Shown here piece by piece: positions 12,701 through 22,870 of a stretch of DNA of 64,000 nucleotides. The notes beneath the pieces were generated by a model. The model saw nothing but the letters and a program-made list of their open reading frames with translations, was not told the DNA's origin and did not search any database. The DNA comes from Neoechinorhynchus agilis. Taxonomy: Eukaryota; Animalia; Acanthocephala. The stretch is taken from positions 156,389 to 220,388 of the forward strand of contig CM121343.1 of the NCBI GenBank assembly GCA_051530055.1, in the 5' to 3' direction. Position numbers and translations under genes: made by a program. Each line of letters opens with the position of its first letter. Within the stretch, counting starts at the first letter, position 1.

Positions 12701-13238
12701 GTAGTCGTCCAATTGTTTGTCGAGAAACTCCAATGTCACGCGAGGACGTTTTCTGATCGGACAATCATTTTGTGGCCGTAACTCTCTTTTTCTACCTTGA
12801 TGGAATCTATTGAACTCGGACGACCACGGTCTTGTTTCACGCTTTTGGCGATTGTACTGTCTTCTCTGTGCCGTTTCACCAATATTTAATTTGGTAGCCT
12901 GGTGTGCAGGTCCCATTGCCATTCGCTCCCTTGCACATTTTGCCATGTAGTCGTCCAATTGTTTGTCGAGAAACTCCAATGTCACGCGAGGACGTTTTCT
13001 GACCGGACAATCATTTTGTGGCCTTGACTCTCTTTTTCTACCTTGTTGGAATCTATTGAACTCGGACGACCACGGTCTTGTTTCACGCTCTTGGCGATTG
13101 TACTGTCTTGTTTCCCGCCAGTAATTTCGATATCTTTTATAATTTCGGTTGTGTGATGGCGGTCGATAATTAGAATTTCGATTGGCTCTCCATTGAGGTT
13201 TCTAAAAACTACATTCATTATCTTGCTGTCGTTTCGGC
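3782..13238 (-). pseudogene. 5'-truncated paralog of the gene at 1-418, internally expanded into a satellite
   Basis: Homology to the 1-418 copy stops at about 13225-13238 next to LINE sequence. This copy has TAG where the other has TAT (TTT TAG vs TTT TAT). The native 3' end ...LDDYMAKCARERMAMGPAQEATSEKN-TAA has its stop at 3782-3784. Confidence 0.75.
3800..13090. repeat. Tandem satellite: about 56 copies of a 148-bp core, 10 of which carry a 98-bp insert (246-bp units)
   Basis: Counted directly. Inserts start near 5907, 6596, 7430, 8264, 8954, 9347, 11065, 11755, 12445 and 12839. Cores differ mainly at two SNPs (ttgatgg/ttgctgg and attgaac/attcaac). Confidence 0.97.
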
Positions 13239-13239
13239 T

Positions 13240-14225
13240 CTTTCCTCCGAATCAATCCGCATTTGGAGGATTGGACGGTTGGGAAGAAGGAGCGGAGGTA
13301 GAGATTTGTGCGAGGAACTGAAGGATGGAAAATGTTGGGGCGACGCGAGTGTTGTAAGTGTGTGCAAAAGGAGAAATTTGTGGTAGAAATTGAAGAGGAG
13401 GAAGAGAATCAAGGCGTTTTTCGTGTTTGTGAAAGATTAGAGGAAGGTCAGGAGTTCGGTGCAAAAGATTAGAGCGCATCTCTTGTGAAATGTATTAAGT
13501 TTTTTGAATAGATAAGAAGAACAATTGCAGAAGGTTTAATATGCGCGTAGGTGATCGTTGGCAGGATAGCGGACATTTAGAAGTACTTAAGAACTTTGGA
13601 TGATAATCTAATTTAAGGAATTGGATGCGTTTAAGAAGATAGAGCTTAATGGACCATTTGTGCAACAGGATTGATGCGTGCTTGTCCCACTTCAGATTTT
13701 TCTGAAAATAAAGACCAAGGATACGAACAGAGGAGACACGATTGATAGGAAATAGAAGAAGCGGCTGATTGGAAGGGCTACTTGAGATTGAGGCGACGAT
13801 TTAGAAGCACTTGGTAAAGTTAGGGGTTAGACATTTAGAGGAACAAAATGCTTGAACGTGAGAATCTCGTTAGAAGTAATTGAGCCGTTGCATGCGTAAT
13901 GATTGTAAGATCATCTCAGCATACAAGAAGTATTTAGAATAAGAAGATGGAATAAGATCGTTCAGGGAAATGTTGAAAAGAATGGGGAGAGAACAGCCCT
14001 TTGGGGAACTCCCTTGTTGATAGCTAAGGTGTTCGAGACGATGCTACCTATTTCGATAAATTGTAATCTAAACCATTTGATTTGCTGGGTGGCAAGACCA
14101 AATTTAGAGCATGTATAAAGGAGAAGATTGTGATCGATGGAATCAAAATCTTTATGAATGTAGATTTGGATGAGTTGAGAGATGAACAAAGGTTTTGCGT
14201 CGAGGTTATGAAGAGGAATTCGACA
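13240..14225 (-). mobile_element. Degenerate non-LTR retrotransposon (CR1/L2/Jockey-like), RT 3' half
   Basis: RT motifs KDFDSIDHNLLL and KGVPQRAVLSP, similar to the element at 22.9-25.6 kb. Stops and frameshifts follow. Confidence 0.75.
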
Positions 14226-14229
14226 AGAC

Positions 14230-15500
14230 TGACGTCCTCTGTACCGAAAATAGGAAATTGCATCATGGTATCCCGATCGAAATACGGAAAGCGTTGGGCA
14301 GTTTTGGTATCCAAGTGTTGACAAATCTATATCGAAGTAATCACAAATCGGGAAAATGCCCGAAGCTTTCCGATCTACGAAAAGGACATATTGAACAATG
14401 CAGTAACAATGGGGGCATAAAGCTTATGGGTCACACAATGAAACTATATGAAAGGATTCTAAACAGTAGACTGAGAGAAGAGATCCGCATCGAAAAACAT
14501 CAGAGAGGTTTTATGCCAGGGCGGAGTACAACAGAAACGATCTTTCTAATCAGACAATTGTACGAGAGGTACAATGAAAAACAGAAGCCGCTATACAGTG
14601 CATTCGTGGACCTCGAGAAAGCTTATGATACAGTGCCGAGAGATCTAATATGGACACGAAGGATCCTGTACTTGTGTCAGATGCAGTGTTGGAGAGACAA
14701 ACGATTTTGAGGTTACAGTTGGATTGCATCATGGATCAGCCCTCAGTCCGTTCCTATTCGTCACGATCATGGATGTGTTGGGTTCTAAGCAAATCGTCCG
14801 AAAGCCTCCATGGACACTATTGGTCGCTGATGTCTTGATGGTGACAGCTGAAACACGTGAAAGGTCTCAGCGAAGTCTAGAAGGGTAGCGTGAGGCATTG
14901 GAAGCCACCGGTCTTAAGGTAAAAAGGTTGAAGACAATATGCATGGGACCGGAAGCGTTAAAATTAGAAGGTGTGGATTTGACGATGAGAAGAACAGTGA
15001 AATATAAAGGCAGCGAAGTAAATATGGCAAATTCCTCCGAACCCGAAATAACTGCTCATATACAAAGGGAGTGGCTCAATTGGAGGAAGATCTCTAGTGT
15101 ATTATGCAACAAAAAGATCTCACCAAAACTGAAAGGGCGGGTGTTCGAGACCGTGGTGCGGCCAGCCATGTTATATAGCGCAGAAACTTGGACGACCAAG
15201 CAAAACGACCTCAGAAGATTAGAAACGCACGAGACGAGGATGGTGAGATGGGCAGCAGGGTGCACTCTCAAGGATAAGCAAAGAAATGTGGACATCAGGG
15301 AGCTGTTCGGCACTTGCCGCTGTTCAGAGTTGATCGTCCAAAGAAGGTTACGCTGGCACGATAAAGCTTCGAAGTGCGAAGCAGATCACATACTGCGTAG
15401 CACGGAGAAAATGGAAATAACGGGAAATCGCCGACGAGGAAGGCCGAGGAAACGATAGGTAGATTGCATCAAAGAGGATAAGTTGGTTGTCGAGGGAACT
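14230..15500 (+). mobile_element. Degenerate RTE-clade LINE (RT and C-terminal domain)
   Basis: GIKLMGHTMKLYERIL, QRGFMPGRSTTETIF, FVDLEKAYDTVPR, VVRPAMLYSAETW, RRLRWH and GNRRRGRPRKR are typical RTE motifs. The frame is broken. Confidence 0.9.
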
Positions 15501-17358
15501 GCAACCTCTCGAGAGAGAAAAATGCGTGAGTGAGAAGAATAAAATGATTTTTAATCGGGATTATCTTCACCACAAGTCAAAAAGCATTTTTGTTCCGTGA
15601 GTCACTGTGCAATACAAATTAATATTTTATAAATGTGTATGTCGCAATTCATTAAGCACATTAGGACAAAATAGAAGGATAAATCTTACAATTGCAATTA
15701 CCGGATGAATAGAGGCTCATAAACGTAGTCCTTTATTATCTTCTTCGCAAAATAAATATTACTCGGGTGTCGTACAAGACTTCCTAATAATTCAAATGAC
15801 AACCATTTGTATATTCACCTTTTAAAACCATAAATGTCGGTATTGTCAATTGAGTGATGAACCAGCACATGTAGAAGTGATCTTAAAGCAAAGTTTTATT
15901 TTTAAGATACCTTCGATTTTTGCCCAAAGGGCTATTCCGCGCTAAAGGCACGAATCCCTTGGATTAAAAAAATTAAAACCATGAGTCACAGAGAAAAGTG
16001 CAGCAAACTTCATCATTGAATGTAGATCACTTTTCTTTGAGCAATTCACTGCCTAAAACTATACACCACGACTATAGCGGAGTGTTAGTTCCAAAGATAT
16101 GTACACAATACTCACTAAAGGTCTTTTATACGCTTAACATGTTAGCGTTTGTTGGCCAAATATCAAATTTGTTGAATAAAATAACAACTCGTCTGGTGCA
16201 TGTTATTATAAAGGATGAATTCGCTACTTAAACCGCAAAAAAGGATATAAAGAACAGCAAGATCGGGTTAAAATGTATTGATCTTTGCAACTTGAGTGGT
16301 CCTTTTTTCTTCTCATTGCTAAAAATGTGGATTTTTATTTTCGTAGAATTCAGCATTTGATTCAAGAATATAACTTCCTCGATGAGAAACATTCCCTAAC
16401 TATATTGGCCGTCCATTGCCTAAAGGTATCTCGTGGATCTATTAATTTCAACGATCTTTGATCTCTACATTTTAGCTACTTTTCAATAAATAAAAAGAGC
16501 CCTCACCACCTTTTACAACTAATATTTTCATTGTTGATAATCACTTTCAAGTGAATTGTTGACCCAAGGATATTGGTAAGCTTCATTAGTTAGTGAACCA
16601 TGTCGTTTCAATGCTTCTCCTCTACACAGTGCCATGATTTAACTTCTCACCAAGGTTAACCTACTCCCCTATGATCAAACTGAACGCCGTTAAAATATCT
16701 CTATTGATGAAGACGGGTACAGCGTCACTTTATTTATCCCTAGAAAACACAAACATGTTATACCAATGAGCTAAATGATATTGAAACCCATGTAGCAAGT
16801 GCATCGAACTTTTATAATCATAGCCAACAGCTTTTTCGATGTACATCGAGATCACTTCTTTGAGTTGTTCCCGCTTTTCAGTGTATTAAAGTAGTTTAAG
16901 AAAACATTTTTGATGAAATTATGCAACCGAACTATCGCAGCCTCGTATCTAAGTTCGAACCTTTAAATTTTACCTTGGCAAAATTAAGTCTTTCAGGAGT
17001 TTTTTCTATTCGAATAAGATTTAACTTAAGAATTAGGCTAGTTCCACACTTCAGGACTTTTACTCTGGAACGCAAAGAAATACTTCTGTTCAAAAAAATT
17101 ACATCGGAAGTTGGACAAGGTTCAGTTACCAGTTTGGATTTCAAGCCATGATTGAATTGGACATTTTACCGTGTCACTAAGATTTCTCGGCGTTCGTGCC
17201 TAATAGCGAACGATGCTCATCCTCAATCCTGATCATTGAAAGTTTTAATTATGAACCACTTAGGTCCGATTTTAAAAAGAATAGATTTAAAAATAATTGA
17301 TTTAGTTCAAAAAAAAGGTGGAGAAAATCGAACTTTTAATTTAAAACACATTTTTTAG

Positions 17359-17772
17359 ATGCCTAATAGAGCAGGACAGCAAAATGGGATTGGCCGAAAT
17401 ACAAACCAGGACAGAAGCGAGAATTCCGGTGAACTCTCACAGTTGAGAGCGATTTGTTATATGAGCGTGGAGTCAATGGTCTCTTATATGTATAATCTGG
17501 AACAAGAAGCCTTGAACACGCAAGGTCGAGATGCTGTTCCCAGAGGCGAACCTAACTTTTTTCATTCTCACGCTGCACACGAAATAAAAGAACAATGGAA
17601 AGTAATTACTGCTATGTTGGAAGAGCTTCAACACTTCGTTCTTTCAAATGATCCGGGATGTCCATCTATACAAGACATGATAAGAATCCGAGTAATATCG
17701 ATTAAGGAGAAGCTGGAACAAGTATCTGAGGACGCAGGTGAAGTGATTAAGTCCAGCATCAAAGAAGAATAA
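17359..17772 (+). CDS. Hypothetical 137-aa protein (helical, orphan)
   Basis: Long ATG-TAA ORF in very AT-rich flanks with protein-like composition. No family recognised. Confidence 0.45.
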   Translation: MPNRAGQQNGIGRNTNQDRSENSGELSQLRAICYMSVESMVSYMYNLEQEALNTQGRDAVPRGEPNFFHSHAAHEIKEQWKVITAMLEELQHFVLSNDPGCPSIQDMIRIRVISIKEKLEQVSEDAGEVIKSSIKEE

Positions 17773-19255
17773 TTGATGAGGAATTAGTTAGATAGATGAC
17801 AAGCTTTTACGTAGAAAATAAAGCTTGTTATAGATTGCAATATTTGACACAGTTCAAATTCCTAATTTAGTAGCGTAAATGTATTACAGGTTGAACTGAG
17901 CAGACAATTGCTGTTTCAATGATTTATTTTTCTTAGCGCCTAAACAGAAATTTAGAAAAAATTAAGAAAAAGCAGTTAGAAGTATTATTTAGGTCTTTTT
18001 CACCCGGCAAATAACACTTGTAATCGTATAACCAGGTACCACATTTTTATATAAATCCATTAGTAAATTTAGGAGATCGAAGCAAATCAATAATATCCGT
18101 TTGCGATTGGAAAACCGTTTTGATTTCCATTTGGAATTTCAAACTGTTCTACGCTCTTTAATAGACACTTAGCGTATAGAATCGTGAGAAAACAAATAAT
18201 GAAATAATTAAAGAGAATGATCGACGATTTCAATTTCAAAAAATTCTGAATCTTAAAAAATGATAATAATTTTGATTATTGTACATTCGACCACATTTAC
18301 AAGTTCAATAGATATTAAATTTTAGGAGAAAACAAAATATAAACGAACATTCCCCTTTTCTGCATGGCATTATGATACTAAATAACAAGCATTAAAACTA
18401 TTTGTTTTTGCTGCTAATGAGACAAGTCGATTAGGATTTTTAATATAGTCAGTGCTTCGGTATTGCAGTTCGTCTGTGAAAGATATTTGAGTAAACCAAT
18501 AAAATTATTTTTAGAATGATGATAGTGTTCTAGTAAATTAAGATGTTTGATAGAACAATATGGAAGCAAAAAGCTTTGTAATTTTCCAAATTTTCAGCAA
18601 ATTAAACAGAAAAGATTTATTGGGCGGACTTACATGCACTGGCATCAAATTTGTTTAATTTTAACCGGTCGTACGGATCATCAGTGAAAATTATTTTTGG
18701 TTTGTCGCAAAAAAAGGGTGCTAATAATGCACCGCTGCGTTAAATTAATTTTTGGACTAATAAAAATCTGTCTGGTCAAATAGTTATTCCGAACCGGACA
18801 AATAGAAGTTGATCGTTAGATGCGATTTTCGCAACATTAAATCTTGATTATCTTCTACGAATCACCAAAAATGGTTTTTTAGGATTTTAACGTATTTGGC
18901 ATTCAAACTGAAGATGAGAAAAGCAACTAGAGCTAACCGAGTTTGTTATTAATAATAGTGAAAGTTTTTGTTCACTTTAAGAACTCGTCCAATTCATGAT
19001 ATCAATTGGACTTTCACTTGTTAAGGTCGCGCTATAAGATATTTTACAAAAACTCAAAAAATATAATTTTCCATTATACAGTGCCTTTTTATATCAAAAG
19101 TTTTGGATATGAGTAGCTACTGATACCAAACACTTGCCTTATAAAGATTAGCCTTGAATTTTACATAAATATCATCTTTCAATTTTCCCAATGTCCACTT
19201 AAGTCGTATTTTTTCACGTATTAATAGGTGACTGGATAAACCGCGGATTAAACAC

Positions 19256-19302
19256 TTTTACAACCTGAAGAAGTCCGACGAGATGGACGAAATATTGTAA
19301 AA
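19256..19302 (+). ncRNA. Possible minimal hammerhead-ribozyme-like motif
   Basis: CTGAAGA-(A)-GTCC-loop-GGAC-GAAA-TATT, flanked by ttttac/gtaaaa complementarity. There is an extra A before stem II and stem I is bulged. Confidence 0.3.
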
Positions 19303-19846
19303 TGAACATAATAAATCAATCTCTATATCACCAAACAAAATATATCCACGAACAACTTCTTTACAATAATCAGACCATTGAAGCAAGACTATCAGTTATT
19401 TCAAAAATCTACGGACTAAATGCGGGAAATTTTGGATACTGGCTCTAAGCTAGAAATCCATTAAGCTCGTCACAATAGTACACTATCTTTAACTTTAAAA
19501 TTCAATTGAAGAACTAATCTTATTTGTAAAATTTTAATTTCAAACGCACACTGAGCAAATAAGATGATCAATAAGCGCACCGATCTGCGACATGTTAAAA
19601 AAGCTCGTAAATCAAATGGACACACATGTTTCCCACAAACTTTAAATCACTCAAATTTCAATGTTAAAGGAACAGTGAACTTTTAAATTTACGACTACAT
19701 TATGGTACTCAAAACAAATGATATAAATACCAACGATAGCATTCAGTTTAGCACCAACATCATCAGGTAAAACTTTCCCTTCGATCTTTACAGTAAGTAA
19801 ATCCTGTAATAACATGCAAAATGAATATTGAAATAGCTACTACGAT

Positions 19847-21108
19847 ATGTACCATCTACGGGCTTTTGCGGCCATCATTGCTATGGTCTTGATTAGTAAT
19901 ACATTCGCTGCTTTTTATCCGTACCCTTATGGTTATAAAAGGTAAACATTAGAAATTGAACCACGAGCAAAGTATGCTTATGATTTTTGTAGATTTTACA
20001 AACAAGGATATGGTGCTGGAGGAGGATTTTATGCAAAAGGTTACGGAATGCGTGGAGGTTCTATTCAAGGTGGAATCATTGATCAAGGTGGCATGTATGC
20101 TCGCGGGGGCATGTTAGGAGGCGCTAAAGTATATGGAGGAATCGGAATGGCGGAGGGAGCCGGAATTTTAGGCCGTTCTAAATTAGCCGGTGTTGGTGGG
20201 ATTGTTGGTGGACGTCAAGTAGTCGGCGGCGGAGGAGGCATTATTGGAGGAGGAGGAATCTATGGGCGTTCTGGAATCATTAGTGGTGCAGGCTTATATG
20301 GAGGCCGTGGAATATACGGCGCAAAATTATATGGAGGCCGTGGAATATACGGCGCAGGATTGTATGGAGGCCGTGGAATCTACGGCGCAGGATTATATGG
20401 AGGCCGTGGAATATACGGCGCAGGATTGTATGGAGGCCGTGGAATATACGGCGCAGGATTATATGGAGGCCGTGGAATATACGGCGCAGGATTGTATGGA
20501 GGCCGTGGAATATACGGCGCAGGATTGTATGGAGGCCGTGGAATCTACGGCGCAGGATTGTATGGAGGCCGTGGAATATACGGCGCAGGATTGTATGGAG
20601 GCCGTGGAATCTACGGGGCTGGAATGTATGGAGGCCGTGGAATCTACGGCGCAGGATTGTATGGAGGCCGTGGAATCTACGGGGCTGGAATGTATGGAGG
20701 CCGTGGAATCTACGGGGCTGGAATGTATGGAGGCCGTGGAATCTACGGGGGTGTCATAGGCGGCGGGCGTTTTGGTGGATACGGGAAATATGGTTACCAC
20801 CGACATGCAGCTTGTAGAAGATGGTAATATTTTTGCTAATTGGCAACCAAACCGCTAATGATTACTTTTAGGAAGTTGATTTCCCCCAGTTTGGGATACG
20901 GTGTAGTAAGCATATATGGTAGACCATGTGTAAGATTAAAGGAACTATACAAATATCTCAATAATAATTGTAACATTTAGGCACGACCAATCTATCGACC
21001 ATGGGTCGGAGGAATGGTAATAATATCGCTTAATTTAAATTTCTTTTAATAATGCAATTTATTTAGATGAGGCCATGGGGTGGCGTGCCGTATGGCCATA
21101 ACTACTGA
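19847..21108 (+). CDS. Secreted Gly/Tyr-rich structural repeat protein, 353 aa; join(19847..19941,19993..20823,20872..20929,20981..21016,21067..21108)
   Basis: Signal-peptide-like N-terminus MYHLRAFAAIIAMVLISNTFA. Four GT-AG introns (51, 48, 51, 50 nt) keep frame to TGA at 21106-21108. The protein has 14 x GAG(L/M)YGGRGIY repeats and RPW/YG-rich terminal exons. Confidence 0.8.
20285..20746 (+). repeat. Coding minisatellite, 33 bp x 14
   Basis: 462 bp = 14 units. Variation is mostly synonymous (tta/ttg, ata/atc, gca/gct). Confidence 0.95.
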
Positions 21109-21451
21109 TCACTTAGAAAGTAGCTGAAAACAACTGCAAGTTACGCTTCAACGAAAACAATGACTTTAACTTTCGCTAACCATTGTTTCGCGCGTTCTGC
21201 AATCAATAAATCGTTTCCGCCGCGAGTTATTAGAAAGCATGAATTATATGTTTCTAAAATTGACCCGATTTATTATAAGTAGTGCGTAGTGGTATCACTA
21301 CGGATTCGAAACTTATTTTACAGTACAAATCATTTATTCAGAAATATTTTGCCATCATTAACTCGCTTTTGCCGTACTTTTGAATTTGATATTCAAAAAC
21401 GTCAAACTCACTTTAGCCCTTTCTTTAGGTAGTTTTGTCGCCTCAGATTTA

Positions 21452-22870
21452 AATTCACTGATTTATTTCTGATATTTCACGTCTGATAATTCTGAAATTT
21501 CCCCAAGGTTTGACAACTAAAACACAAGTGTTATCCTGTAGACTAGATATTGCCGGGCAATGGGTGGGTCAAAACTCTGTTCTTGGACTCATTGTCGATT
21601 CGAAACCTCTAAGCTAGAGCACCACTGTCTTCTCAATGGCAATTTTAAACGGATGCTGGCTTTATTACCTTCCATTGGTTGAACTAAGCAGCCTATTTCA
21701 ATGGCTTCCATTATAAAACGATTTCGTAAATATGGTTGTACGCTTATCACACATTCGCGCCATTAAAATCAATTTGATGTCCACATTTCACCGCATGATT
21801 TGATAAGGCTGAGAAAGCATCATAAAGTCCACATTCATATCTGTGCTATGAAAACATTTTGCAGATTTCCCGTTTGGTATGTCTCACACATTTGAATGGG
21901 CAGTCTTTGCAGTGGACGGCAAATGCCACTTCATCGTATTTTGGCTTATTTTTCAATATACCTGCAAAGTTGCCACCCTATTAGTATACAAAATGATCGT
22001 CTTGTCCAGGTTACGCAAATCCCGTCTTAGGTTCGATTGAATTTCATTATCCACAAATTTTATCCGTATATATTTTGGTTTATCATTCTGAGTACCTGTC
22101 ATGATTCTTTTCTCGTGTCTATTTGCGGTGTTTCTGGCTTTGTGGAAAGATCTTCGCCGATTCGAGATAGTCACTTGCTTTCAGAGCTTGAGTAATCAAA
22201 CGTATTTCAGCTTGCCGTAACCTGTAAGTAGAGCGTATTTTGTGCACTATCAAAAACAGGGACACTACTGCCGATATCTTATATGACTCCGGAGTGAAAC
22301 GAGAACAGAATCATTACATGTACTGCGATTGATTCTATTGCTTTCATCACCGAAAAATACATATATATGAACAACTTCTCTACAAAAACCCAAATATATA
22401 GACGTCCACTGCAAAGACTGCCCATTCAAATGTGTGAGACATACCAAACGGGAAATCTGCAAAATGTTTTCATAGCACAGATATGAATGTGGACTTTATG
22501 ATGCTTTCTCAGCCTTATCAAATCATGCGGTGAATTGTGGACATCAAATTGATTTTAATGGCGCGAATGTGTGATAAACGTACAACCATATTTACGAAAT
22601 CGTTTTATAATGGAAGCCATCGAAATAGGCTGCTTAGTTCAACCAATGGAGGGCAATAAAGCCAGCATCAGTTTAAAATTGCCATTGAGAAGACAGTGGT
22701 ACTCCAGCTTAAAGGTTTCGAATTGACAATGAGTCCAGGAACAGAGTTTTGACCCACACATTGCCCGACAATATCTAGTCTACAGGATAACGCTTGTGTT
22801 TTAGATGGCAAACCTTGGGGAAATGTCGGAATTATCCGACGTGAAATATCAGAAATAAATCAGTGAATTG
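21452..22870 (-). mobile_element. Penelope-like element remnant with about 467-bp inverted arms (21452-21918 / 22403-22870)
   Basis: The arms are reverse complements (roughly 90-95% by eye) and encode a decayed GIY-YIG C-terminal half (HCKDCP...FSALSNHAVNCGHQIDFN...MEAIEI). The spacer encodes the PLE linker KPKYIRIKFVDNEIQSNLRRDL. Confidence 0.75.

Noticed and set aside
4163-12781. Dozens of plus-strand 60-120 aa ORFs (MSRNSNVTRG...)
   Set aside because: These are antisense shadows of the satellite monomer, mostly TTG-started. The ancestral reading frame is on the minus strand.
3842-13085. CRISPR-like appearance (repeats with occasional intervening sequence)
   Set aside because: Units are 148 bp head-to-tail, the 98-bp inserts are near-identical rather than unique spacers, there are no cas genes, and the context is eukaryotic.
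16300-17150. Possible decayed coding sequence on the minus strand
   Set aside because: Short protein-like stretches with many stops and no recognisable family or splice model.
20244-20806. Alternative-frame ORFs (MEAVEYTAQDC repeats; antisense STASIQSCAV)
   Set aside because: These are by-products of the 33-bp repeat. Only the Gly/Tyr frame connects to a signal peptide and spliced exons.
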